DNA from: Verrucomicrobiota bacterium
GTDB lineage: Bacteria > Verrucomicrobiota > Verrucomicrobiia > Verrucomicrobiales > Akkermansiaceae
NCBI GenBank assembly: GCA_039804425.1
Contig: JBDLWB010000049.1
Location: 1-43,571 of the forward strand
DNA length: 43,571 nt
Direction of reading: 5' to 3'
This document shows positions 1 to 8,306 of the stretch, one piece after another. Position numbers and translations under genes: made by a program. Under the pieces are notes generated by a model. It made no database searches. It was given only the letters and a program-made list of their open reading frames with translations, and was not told the origin of the DNA. Each line of letters opens with the position of its first letter. Position 1 is the stretch's first letter.

Positions 1-53
1 TGGGATTGCTTGTATTGTGCTTGGTGCTGATTTTCGCCTAAGTATGGCATCGC

Positions 54-383
54 TCAGAATGCCGCGCAGCAGAGATAGCCATTGAGCAAGCCATAGCCGA
101 TGGCGGGTATCATTTGCCAGAAGGTATCGTGGATCTTGATCCGCACCATCACGCCGGTCAGCATCATCAGCGCTAATCCTGCGGCGGCGGCCTGCCCTAG
201 CCATGGGACGGCAAAGCCGATCAGCAGTGAGATGGCGGCGATGAGTTGTAGGCAGCCAATCCAAGGTCGCCAGCGGTCGAGGCCGTAGCGTTGGAACTCG
301 ATCTTCATGCGGGAGGAAAGCAGGCAGGCAAAACCAAATCCGAGAAAGGAGAGCGATGAGAACAAGATGAGGATGATGGTCAA
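54..383 (-). CDS. DoxX-like small integral membrane protein
   Basis: 109-aa ORF that is almost entirely hydrophobic, with 3-4 predicted TM helices (LILFSSLSFLGFGFACLL, LQLIAAISLLIGFAVPWLG, AAGLALMMLTGVMV). Size and layout are typical of the DoxX/DoxX_2 family. It is transcribed divergently from the SDR gene. Confidence 0.6.
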   Translation of the reverse strand: MTIILILFSSLSFLGFGFACLLSSRMKIEFQRYGLDRWRPWIGCLQLIAAISLLIGFAVPWLGQAAAAGLALMMLTGVMVRIKIHDTFWQMIPAIGYGLLNGYLCCAAF

Positions 384-494
384 GGTCTGTTCCTACCACA
401 GATTGCTCAGCTTGCACGGAATGATTCGCAGAGGCGACGAAAAACTTTGTGAATTCGCTGTATCGCAAGCGAGAAAATCGATTAGTTTCACTCC

Positions 495-1967
495 ATGCAT
501 GTTCTTGTGACTGGAGCCAATGGCTACATCGGCTTGCGCCTGATTCAGGAACTTCTGGCGGCGGGGCATGAAGTGACTGCAGTCGTGCGGGACCGTCGGC
601 GCTTTCCGACGAAAAATTTTGGCGAGCAAGAAACATCGCTTCATCTGGTAGAAGCTGATTTTTTGCTGGCATCGTCGCTGAGTTCCTTGCCGCGCGACAT
701 GGAGGCAGCGTATTACCTGATCCACTCGATGGGTGCCAGCGGGGACTTTGCGCAACAAGAAGAACAATGCGCAAGAAACTTTGCGGCAGCAGCGCATGCG
801 GCCAACTGGAAACGCATCATTTATCTTGGTGGTTTGGCCACGGCGGAAGGGCCACTCTCGGAACATCTCGCATCGCGTCGCACGGTGCAGCAGATTCTGG
901 ACGATTGCCCCGTGCCTCTGACCACGCTGCGCGCTTCGATCATCGTTGGTTCGGGCTCGGCCTCGTTCGAAATCATTCGTGATCTTGCTGAAAAATTGCC
1001 GGTGTTAATCACGCCCCGTTGGGTGCATACGCATTGTCAACCGATCGGGATTCGTAATGTGTTAGATTATCTGGTGGCGATTTTACAACATCCGCAAACG
1101 GTGGGTGCGACTTACGACATCGGTGGTCCAGAGGTGATGAGCTATCTGGATTTGATCAAGCAATACTGCGAAGTGCGAGGCCTGCGTCGATGGTTTTTGC
1201 CGACGCGATTGTTGAGTCCGCGTCTGTCATCGGGTTGGCTATGTCTTTTGACTTCGACCTCTTTTCCGCTGGCTCGCAGTTTGGTGGATTCTCTGACGCA
1301 CGAGACGGTATGTCATGATCAGAAACTGCGTGCGATCGTGCCGCTGGAACTATTAAGCTACCGTCAATCGGTTGAGCGGGCTTTGGCGCGAATTGCGCAG
1401 AATCATGTGCCATCGAGCTGGATCAATGCGCTGACGGCAGGCACGCTGTCGCCCGGTTTTTTTGCGGCAATCAAAGTGCCGGAGCATGGTGTGTTATCGG
1501 ATACGCGTCGAGTGCCGTTGACCGCTCCACGCGAGGAAGTATTGGAGCGCATTTGGTCGGTTGGTGGATCGGCGGGTTGGCCATCGATGAACTGGGCGTG
1601 GCGATTGCGGGGGCTGATCGATCAATTGTTTGGCGGCATCGGCCTACGACGTGGTCGTCGGCATCCGCACGAACTGAATGCGGGTGAAGCTCTCGACTTT
1701 TGGCGAGTGTTGCTCGCTGATCGAGCGAATGGGCGATTGATGTTGTATGCGGAGATGAAATTGCCGGGTGAGGCATGGCTGGAATTTGCGATGGAATCCC
1801 ATACGGGTGGCGGTGAGACACTGAGACAAACGGCGACCTTTCGACCGCAGGGATTACTCGGGCGTTTGTATTGGTATGTAGTGCTGCCCTTTCACTGGAT
1901 CCTATTTCCGAAAATGGCCCGTCACTTGGCAGCAGGGTCGCGATTGCGTGATAAAGCAAATGGATGA
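495..1967 (+). CDS. NAD(P)-binding SDR/NmrA-like oxidoreductase fused to a DUF2867-like C-terminal domain
   Basis: ATG at 495. N-terminal Rossmann motif VLVTGANGYIGLRLIQELLAAGHEVTAVVRD. The roughly 180-aa C-terminal half (WSVGGSAGWP...LDFWRV...LMLYAEMKLPGEAWLEF) resembles the DUF2867 domain commonly fused to these SDRs. Confidence 0.8.
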   Translation: MHVLVTGANGYIGLRLIQELLAAGHEVTAVVRDRRRFPTKNFGEQETSLHLVEADFLLASSLSSLPRDMEAAYYLIHSMGASGDFAQQEEQCARNFAAAAHAANWKRIIYLGGLATAEGPLSEHLASRRTVQQILDDCPVPLTTLRASIIVGSGSASFEIIRDLAEKLPVLITPRWVHTHCQPIGIRNVLDYLVAILQHPQTVGATYDIGGPEVMSYLDLIKQYCEVRGLRRWFLPTRLLSPRLSSGWLCLLTSTSFPLARSLVDSLTHETVCHDQKLRAIVPLELLSYRQSVERALARIAQNHVPSSWINALTAGTLSPGFFAAIKVPEHGVLSDTRRVPLTAPREEVLERIWSVGGSAGWPSMNWAWRLRGLIDQLFGGIGLRRGRRHPHELNAGEALDFWRVLLADRANGRLMLYAEMKLPGEAWLEFAMESHTGGGETLRQTATFRPQGLLGRLYWYVVLPFHWILFPKMARHLAAGSRLRDKANG

Positions 1968-2046
1968 TGAGTTCTATTGGGGAAGGGGGCGAAGAGATTT
2001 TTTCCGTGCGTAGCCACCGATTCTGTGACAGTGTAACGAAGGCATC

Positions 2047-2853
2047 ATGGCAAAGCAGGAGCATCGCAAAGAGTCCGCAGCGCGGTTAATATTCTTGGGC
2101 ACGGGAACATCCACGGGGGTGCCGGTGATCGGATGTCGTTGCGCGGTATGTTTGTCAGATGATCCGCGCAATCAGCGCTTGCGCTCGTCGATTTGGTTGC
2201 AGAGTGAAGAGGCTCATTTGCTTGTTGATGCGGGACCTGATTTGCGTCAGCAGGCCTTGCGCGCGAAGATGGAGCGGGTCGATGCGGTTCTTTATACGCA
2301 TGGGCACATGGATCACGTTTGTGGCTTTGATGAGCTGCGGGCTTATTGCTGGCATCGCGACACACCCTTGCCGATGTATGCGAATGAAGGTTGCATGGAG
2401 ATTCTGCGGTCCATGTTTGCCTGGGCTTTTGCCGAGACCAATGTCTACCGAGGATACATCAAGCCCGGGCCTGTGGTGATCGATGGACCATTTGAAATCG
2501 GTGCTTGGCGCATCACGCCCTTGCCCGTATTGCATGGCACGGTAGAAACCAACGGCTATCTTTTTGCTCGTGACCAGTGTCGCAGTTTGGCCTATCTTCC
2601 CGATGTGAAATCGATTCCCGAGAGCACCATGGCGTTGTTGCATGGTGTGGATGTTGTGGTGATCGATGCCCTGCATCATCGCTCACATCCGACGCATTTG
2701 ACGGTGTCGGAGTCCCTGGAAATGATCGAACGAATCGCTCCTGGTGAGGCTTATCTGATTCATTGTTCGCATGAATTGGATCATCAGACCTTAGAGGATT
2801 CTTTGCCGACAAATGTGCATGTGGCACATGATATGATGATACTTGAATTATGA
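2047..2853 (+). CDS. MBL-fold metallo-hydrolase, PhnP-like (phosphodiesterase family)
   Basis: N-terminus LIFLGTGTSTGVPVIGCRCAVCLSDDPRNQRLRSS has the Cys-rich zinc knuckle typical of PhnP-like proteins. HxHxDH motif present (THGHMDH). Length is 268 aa. Confidence 0.85.
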   Translation: MAKQEHRKESAARLIFLGTGTSTGVPVIGCRCAVCLSDDPRNQRLRSSIWLQSEEAHLLVDAGPDLRQQALRAKMERVDAVLYTHGHMDHVCGFDELRAYCWHRDTPLPMYANEGCMEILRSMFAWAFAETNVYRGYIKPGPVVIDGPFEIGAWRITPLPVLHGTVETNGYLFARDQCRSLAYLPDVKSIPESTMALLHGVDVVVIDALHHRSHPTHLTVSESLEMIERIAPGEAYLIHCSHELDHQTLEDSLPTNVHVAHDMMILEL

Positions 2854-4436
2854 AGCGAGTAATTTTATGGTTAGCTTGTTGTGTGAGTTGGGCGATTGCT
2901 GGTCCCCCAGCGATTCTGCCATCGCGTGTCGTCGTGGTCTACAACGCATCACTGCCCGAATCGGAAAAATTGGCCAAGGTCTATCAGAAGGCGAGGTCGA
3001 TTCCGACAGCGAATTTGGTGGGACTCGAGTTGCCAGATCGTGAGGAAATTACGCGACAAGAATATGATGAATTGATTCGTAAGCCGCTACGAGAGGAATT
3101 TGAAAAACGGGTTTGGTGGCGTCTTGGGGAGGTCGATGCGGGGCGCGAAGTGGCTGTGGAAAATCGCATGCAGGTGATGGTGTGCATGCGTGGTGTGCCA
3201 CTTAAAATCGCTCGGTTGGCCGCTGAGCCAGGTTCGACAAAGGCTAGTAACAATGGATCGATTCCGGCGAATCAACAGCCACTGGCAGAGGCCAATGAGG
3301 CATCGGTTGATAGCGAATTGGCGGTGTTGAGTTGGTCAGGTCAGCCGTTGAATGGTCCGTTGCGAAACGCTTATTTTGAGTCCCAACAAGGCATTGAAGC
3401 GGCGGCGTTACCGGATTTGCTTTTGGTGGGACGCATAGACGGTCCATCCTATCAGATCTGTGAGCGAATGATCCGTGATGCGGTGTCGACCGAGACCCAT
3501 GGTTTGTGGGGTCGTGTTTATGTCGACATGGCGCAATTTTATCCTGAAGGAGAAGCATGGCTGCGGTCTTGTGGCTTGCAGAGTGCTAACGAGGGAATTC
3601 CCGTGATCATGCATCCTTGGAAAGAGGTATTTTCCAAGCATTATCCGATGTCCGAAGCAGCAGCTTATTTTGGTTGGTATGAGTGGAATGCTTGTGGTCC
3701 TTTTGCGAATCCGACCTTTCGCTTACGACCTGGCGCAGTGGCGGTGCATTTGCATAGTTTTAGTGCGGCGACAGTAAGGAGTGAGACGATGAATTGGTGT
3801 GGGCCGCTATTGGCGCGTGGTGCTGCCGTGACTTTGGGCAATGTGTATGAGCCCTATCTTGGGATGACGCATCATTTGGATCAACTGCAGCAGCGCTTGT
3901 TGCAGGGGTTTTCTTGGATCGAAGCGGCGTATGCGTCGATGCCAGTCGTTTCTTGGCAAGGCGTGGTGTTAGGCGATCCGTTGTATCGTCCGTACTTGCA
4001 CATGGATGGCACGGGGGAGAAGCGTCCGGAAGATCGGTCCTATCGTGCATTGCGGGTGGCGAAGTTGCTGTATCAGGATCAAGATCGCAAAATGCTGCAT
4101 GAGATTGAGCGCATTGGCCGTGATAAGAAAAATGCCATCATGATGGAGGCGTTAGGGTTGCTGCATCTCCAGCGCAAGCAAGAAGCGCAAGCATTGCAAT
4201 TCATTTCCGAGGCGAAAACCTACTATCCATTGCCGGCGGATCGTCTGCGGTGTGATTTGCATTTGATTGGCATGGATCGCGATGCAGGTCGCACGGGCAT
4301 GGCGATCAAGCAAGTGCGTGAAGCGGAGATTCTTTACGCAGAAATGCCCGAAGTGGAGAGCATCAAATCACTTCGTGCGATTCTTGACCCACCACCACCA
4401 CCACCGCCTGCAGCGGGGCAGGCACCTAAAAAGTGA
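2850..4436 (+). CDS. Secreted conserved hypothetical protein, TIGR03790-like, with helical repeat C-terminus and Pro7 tail
   Basis: The ATG at 2850 overlaps the upstream TGA (ATGA at 2850-2853). Signal peptide MKRVILWLACCVSWAIAG. The N-terminal block VVVVYNASLPESEKLAKVYQKARSIPTANLVGLELPDREEITRQEY matches my recollection of the TIGR03790 family, which has no assigned function. The C-terminus is TPR-like helical and ends in PPPPPPP...KK. Confidence 0.55.
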   Translation: MKRVILWLACCVSWAIAGPPAILPSRVVVVYNASLPESEKLAKVYQKARSIPTANLVGLELPDREEITRQEYDELIRKPLREEFEKRVWWRLGEVDAGREVAVENRMQVMVCMRGVPLKIARLAAEPGSTKASNNGSIPANQQPLAEANEASVDSELAVLSWSGQPLNGPLRNAYFESQQGIEAAALPDLLLVGRIDGPSYQICERMIRDAVSTETHGLWGRVYVDMAQFYPEGEAWLRSCGLQSANEGIPVIMHPWKEVFSKHYPMSEAAAYFGWYEWNACGPFANPTFRLRPGAVAVHLHSFSAATVRSETMNWCGPLLARGAAVTLGNVYEPYLGMTHHLDQLQQRLLQGFSWIEAAYASMPVVSWQGVVLGDPLYRPYLHMDGTGEKRPEDRSYRALRVAKLLYQDQDRKMLHEIERIGRDKKNAIMMEALGLLHLQRKQEAQALQFISEAKTYYPLPADRLRCDLHLIGMDRDAGRTGMAIKQVREAEILYAEMPEVESIKSLRAILDPPPPPPPAAGQAPKK

Positions 4437-4461
4437 CAGTCATGGATTCCGAGATTGATTG

Positions 4462-6048
4462 ATGAGAGCGACTGGCTATGTTTTCGCTCCTATGCATCTT
4501 GGAATCGACAGTTCTACGCAGTCGCTCAGTGGTTTGGTGATCGACGCCGCCTCGGGAAAAATCATGGCGGAATCCTCCGTGAACTTCGGAGCGGATTTGC
4601 CCGATTACCAATCGCCGAGCGGATTTTTGCCCGGTGGTGAAGCGGGAGAGGTGCATGCGAATCCCTTATTGTGGCTCGCGGCGTTGGATCGGATGTTGGC
4701 GGATCTAGGGCAAAAGATTGCGCTTGGGGAGATTCGTTCGATCGGTGGTAGTGGCCAGCAGCATGGCTCGGTGTATGTCGACGCAACCTTTGCCCCGAAA
4801 GTCGCATCGCTTGAAGCAGAGCAAGATCTCGTCACTGGTTTGCATTCCTGCCTGAGTCGTGCGACCTCGCCGATTTGGATGGATACTTCCACGGGAAGCC
4901 AATGCCGCGAGATCGCTGCGGCGTTGGGTGGGGATGAAGAAGTATGTCGTCGTAGCGGGTCGCAGGCCATTGAGCGTTTTACCGGCCCACAGATCCGGAA
5001 ATTTTGGCAGCAAGATGCTGCGTCGTATGAGCGTACCGAGCGCATTCACTTGGTCAGTTCCTTTCTCTGTTCTGTTTTGGCGGGCGTGCACGCACCCATC
5101 GATTTTGGTGACGGTGCGGGGATGAATTTGATGAATCTTCAGCGCTTGGATTGGGATGATGCATTGGTGGCGGCGACCGCTCCTGGGTTGATGAGCAAAT
5201 TGCCTAAGCTTGCTGCAGCGGCAAGCCCTGTAGGACCAGTGGCATCGTATTTCGTGAAAAAATACGGATTTTCACCCAACTGCCAAGTGGGGGTATTTAC
5301 GGGCGACAATCCTGCATCATTGGTGGGAATGGGTGCGACGACTCCTGGTCAAGTGGTGATTTCCTTGGGCACGAGCGACACGTTTTTTGCGGGGATGAAT
5401 CAAGCGCTGACCGACCCGCGGGGCTTTGGCCATGTTTTTGGTAACCCTGGTGGCGGCTACATGTGTCTCGTCTGTTTCCGCAACGGCTCCTTGTCACGTG
5501 AGGCATTGCGCGACCAATATGGATTGGACTGGTCGGACTTTGATCGCGAGGCGCTGGCGAAGACGCAGCCTGGCCAGGATGGCAATGTGATGTTGCCCTT
5601 TTTTGGTCCCGAAATCACACCGCGTATCGACATTGCCGCACCGGTGCGTTCGGGAGTTGCGTCGTTCGTCCGAGGAGAAAAACCTGAAACACAAGTGCGG
5701 GCGTTGTTGGAGGGGCAATTTTTGAACATGAAGCATCACACCGATTGGATCGGGATCGATGTCGATCGCATTCGTCTCACAGGCGGTGCGTCGCGCAACG
5801 ATGGGATTGCGCAGATTGTGGCCGATGTGTTTGGTGCGCCTGTCGAGAGACTTGCGATTGCCAACTCAGCAGCACTCGGGGCGGCCATTCTCGCGGCGGT
5901 CACAGCGGGAGAGTCGATGGAAAAAATGCAGCAAATTTTCTGTCAAAGCGCTCCTGGAAGCGGCTTGCATCCGACTGCTGGTGTGAACTACGCGTCGACG
6001 CTTGCGTCCTTTGTCGAGTTGCTCGACAAGACCAAAGCGGTTCACTGA
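4462..6048 (+). CDS. xylB: Xylulokinase-like FGGY-family carbohydrate kinase
   Basis: FGGY N-terminal motif LGIDSSTQSLSGLVID and GGSGQQHGSVY. C-terminal motif RIRLTGGASRNDGIAQIVADVFGAPV. Start is ambiguous: ATG 4462, ATG 4492 (MHLGIDSS) or TTG 4459. Confidence 0.85.
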   Translation: MRATGYVFAPMHLGIDSSTQSLSGLVIDAASGKIMAESSVNFGADLPDYQSPSGFLPGGEAGEVHANPLLWLAALDRMLADLGQKIALGEIRSIGGSGQQHGSVYVDATFAPKVASLEAEQDLVTGLHSCLSRATSPIWMDTSTGSQCREIAAALGGDEEVCRRSGSQAIERFTGPQIRKFWQQDAASYERTERIHLVSSFLCSVLAGVHAPIDFGDGAGMNLMNLQRLDWDDALVAATAPGLMSKLPKLAAAASPVGPVASYFVKKYGFSPNCQVGVFTGDNPASLVGMGATTPGQVVISLGTSDTFFAGMNQALTDPRGFGHVFGNPGGGYMCLVCFRNGSLSREALRDQYGLDWSDFDREALAKTQPGQDGNVMLPFFGPEITPRIDIAAPVRSGVASFVRGEKPETQVRALLEGQFLNMKHHTDWIGIDVDRIRLTGGASRNDGIAQIVADVFGAPVERLAIANSAALGAAILAAVTAGESMEKMQQIFCQSAPGSGLHPTAGVNYASTLASFVELLDKTKAVH

Positions 6049-6884
6049 GAGGTCATGCTTTGATAGGGCTGGGCGAGTGCGCTGTAATCGTAGTCGCCGA
6101 GTCCCTGTTGGCATAGCTCAGTCATGCGGCTGGAGACAGCCTGCATGGCCGGCAGGATGAGATGTTTTTCTGCGGCCAGTGCGAGAGCGTAGGTAGAGTC
6201 CTTGCGCATGTTATCGAGCGAAAAGTGAGTTTCGTAATCTGCGTTGAGCATGCTGGGCAACTTCAATCGAGTGAGAGGTGATGTGGTGCCGTGAGATGCG
6301 AGAGCTGCGGCAAATTCCTGAGCTTGGATGCCATGATGAAGGCATAGCGCTTGTGCTTCAGCGAGAGCTTGAACTTGGCAAGCGGCGATGAGATTGGTGG
6401 AAAGCTTGAATACTGTTGCTCGACCGATCTCTCCCATGGCAAGGCATTGGGTCGATGTTGGTTCGAGAATCTGGGCAGCTTTTTCGATGTTTTCCGTCGA
6501 TCCAGACAAGAAGTAGCAAAGCGCACCATCTTGGGCAGCTTGTTTGGATCCCGTGAAAGGAGCATCGACAAATTGGCAGCCGATTTCCGCGCATTGCGCT
6601 GCAATCCATTGTGTTGTGGCAAGATCGACAGTCGAGTGATTCATCAAAAAATGGCGAGTGTGCAGTGCGGACTTGATGCTCGTGAATACTTCGCGGAGTG
6701 CTTGAGAGTCTTTGAGGTAAAACGATAGGATGTCGGAAGCACGCGCAGCATCCAACGCATTCGAGGTGAATGCATCGAGATCTTTAGGAGTTCGGTTCCA
6801 TCGAGTGACCTGATGTCCTGCTGTTTGCCAATGATCGGCACAGCGCGCGCCGATGATGCCCATGCCCAAAACGGTGATTCTCAT
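6042..6884 (-). CDS. NAD(P)-dependent beta-hydroxyacid dehydrogenase family oxidoreductase (3-hydroxyisobutyrate/6-phosphogluconate dehydrogenase-like)
   Basis: The tracked ORF runs to 7229, but the Rossmann start MRITVLGMGIIGARCADHW is at an ATG at 6884. The upstream extension overlaps the next gene and looks non-coding. Motifs FVDAPFTGSKQAAQDGAL and KDSTYALALA are typical of the family. Confidence 0.85.
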   Translation of the reverse strand: MRITVLGMGIIGARCADHWQTAGHQVTRWNRTPKDLDAFTSNALDAARASDILSFYLKDSQALREVFTSIKSALHTRHFLMNHSTVDLATTQWIAAQCAEIGCQFVDAPFTGSKQAAQDGALCYFLSGSTENIEKAAQILEPTSTQCLAMGEIGRATVFKLSTNLIAACQVQALAEAQALCLHHGIQAQEFAAALASHGTTSPLTRLKLPSMLNADYETHFSLDNMRKDSTYALALAAEKHLILPAMQAVSSRMTELCQQGLGDYDYSALAQPYQSMTSQ

Positions 6885-6903
6885 GGGGCAGAGCTTAGTC
6901 GAC

Positions 6904-7809
6904 TTATTGTCCGTTTTCCAACTGCGATTTGGATTTGCGCCGAAATTGTTCATCGCGAACCCGTTTGAGGTATTCGAAGTAGCGCTGCTGAGCGTCAAGA
7001 TTCGGCAGGGCGGTATCATTTTTAGCGATGGCTCCGTATTTTTTCCAAGGACCAAAAGGCACCTGGGATTCTTCCACAAAGCGCCAGTGAACTTTGCTGG
7101 AGTTGGTAATACCGAGGTAGTCTCGGACAGCTGGCGAAATATCGATCCCGGCACCTTGATTTTTTCGATTGATGGGCCGGCTATTGCCGAAAACGTAGCG
7201 CCAGTCATCGACTTCAAACGGACCAACATCTTCCCACTGAGCGTAGCAAGATCGATTGTTGGTGTAGATTTGCAACCATCGGCCTTTCAAAGTCGAGCGT
7301 TGATCATGTTTTGGGATCCGATGAAACCATGGGATGACCTTACTCGCTTCAGGTCGATAACCATTTTGTTGTTTGTCATTGTAGGGTAATGCGACGTAAA
7401 AAGGATTCAGTTTCGGAACGAAATGTTTGGGGCGGAAATCACCTGAGTTGTGGGAAGCAACTCGTTTCATGGGATCAGGATCATCATAGCCACCGTAATT
7501 TTCGACCCAGTTCCTATCCCATGAAGAAACATCATTTGGGACAGGATTATTTCTTGTCGGTGTTTCACCAATCCAGAAGGCCGTGGAAGTAATGTGAAGT
7601 TTCCATGGATAAAGCGTTCGCGCGACTGTTGCCGAGGTGGTGGGAGCGATCCGAGAAGTAGGCGGTGCATTTCTCGATGTGCTGGGAATGATCACACGCG
7701 GTGAAGTGCTCGACTGTTGCGCAGAGGTCATGGAGGCAAATCCAAGCAAGCAAAAAACCTGAACCATCAGGTGCAGTGAGGCAGGAATTGCTGGATTTCG
7801 ACGTGCCAT
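6904..7809 (-). CDS. Secreted protein with putative RlpA-like double-psi beta-barrel (DPBB) domain
   Basis: Likely start MARRNPAIPASLHLMVQVFCLLGFASMTSAQ (signal peptide) at 7809. The core WLQIYTNNRSCYAQWEDVGPFEVDD...GAGIDISPAVRDYLG resembles the RlpA/DPBB signature (..V.DRGPF...IDLS.aAa..LG). Basic C-terminal tail. The family call is tentative. Confidence 0.45.
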   Translation of the reverse strand: MARRNPAIPASLHLMVQVFCLLGFASMTSAQQSSTSPRVIIPSTSRNAPPTSRIAPTTSATVARTLYPWKLHITSTAFWIGETPTRNNPVPNDVSSWDRNWVENYGGYDDPDPMKRVASHNSGDFRPKHFVPKLNPFYVALPYNDKQQNGYRPEASKVIPWFHRIPKHDQRSTLKGRWLQIYTNNRSCYAQWEDVGPFEVDDWRYVFGNSRPINRKNQGAGIDISPAVRDYLGITNSSKVHWRFVEESQVPFGPWKKYGAIAKNDTALPNLDAQQRYFEYLKRVRDEQFRRKSKSQLENGQ

Positions 7810-7969
7810 ACAAAATCGTAAAAAAGACGCCCTAGATCGAGCACGCGCAAACTCGCACATCAGCCCCTGAGAGGCAAGATGGAAATGTTGGCGTGATCGT
7901 GAGGTGATCAAGCTAGGGAGAGAATCTTCCATGATAGCAAAGCAAGCCGGCAATCGAGACTGGTTTTGA

Positions 7970-7997
7970 CAGAATTTCAGAATTTTTCAGAATTTTT
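7970..7997. repeat. Short tandem repeat cagaattt / cagaattttt / cagaattttt
   Basis: Three consecutive copies read directly in the sequence. They lie in the AT-rich intergenic region, about 160 nt upstream of the 7809 start of the DPBB-like gene. Confidence 0.7.
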
Positions 7998-8306
7998 CCA
8001 TATCAATCATCCCGAGACACCCCATTCCGATAACGCTTCGTTCAGGATTTCCTAATATTCTTTCATCTCCTTTTATGGTCATTCGGGTAATTCTGAAGTT
8101 CTGTTCACTCAGCTTCCCTCAATCAAGAAAAACTGATTCCCTTTGTCTACCATACTGAGCACGGTGTTCCCTAACTTCGACCTATAATTTCTCGAATCTG
8201 TCTGCGGAATCCGCTTGGGGCGAGAAATCACAGGCTCTGGGAGAAAACTGTGAAGAGACAGCCTTGTTATCAGCATTCCCCCTTGCCAGTTTTCAAGGAA
8301 AGGGGC

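Noticed and set aside
1-41. Possible 3' end of a + strand gene (frame 3 reads GLLVLCLVLIFA then TAA at 39-41), convergent with the DoxX-like gene
   Set aside because: Only 12 codons are visible. The hydrophobic composition is suggestive, but this is far too short to support a call.
4389-4409. cca/ccg trinucleotide run that looks like a microsatellite
   Set aside because: It is in frame and encodes the PPPPPPP tail of the TIGR03790-like protein. It is too short to treat as a contingency locus without population data.
6042-6048. 7-nt tail-to-tail overlap of the xylulokinase-like and dehydrogenase genes
   Set aside because: Short convergent overlaps are common in compact genomes. There is no hairpin or other signal indicating special regulation.
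6885-7229. 5' extension of the dehydrogenase ORF (track 6042-7229)
   Set aside because: The extension precedes the Rossmann-fold start MRITVLGMG and overlaps the well-supported 3' end of the DPBB-like gene in another frame. The ATG at 6884 is the sensible start.
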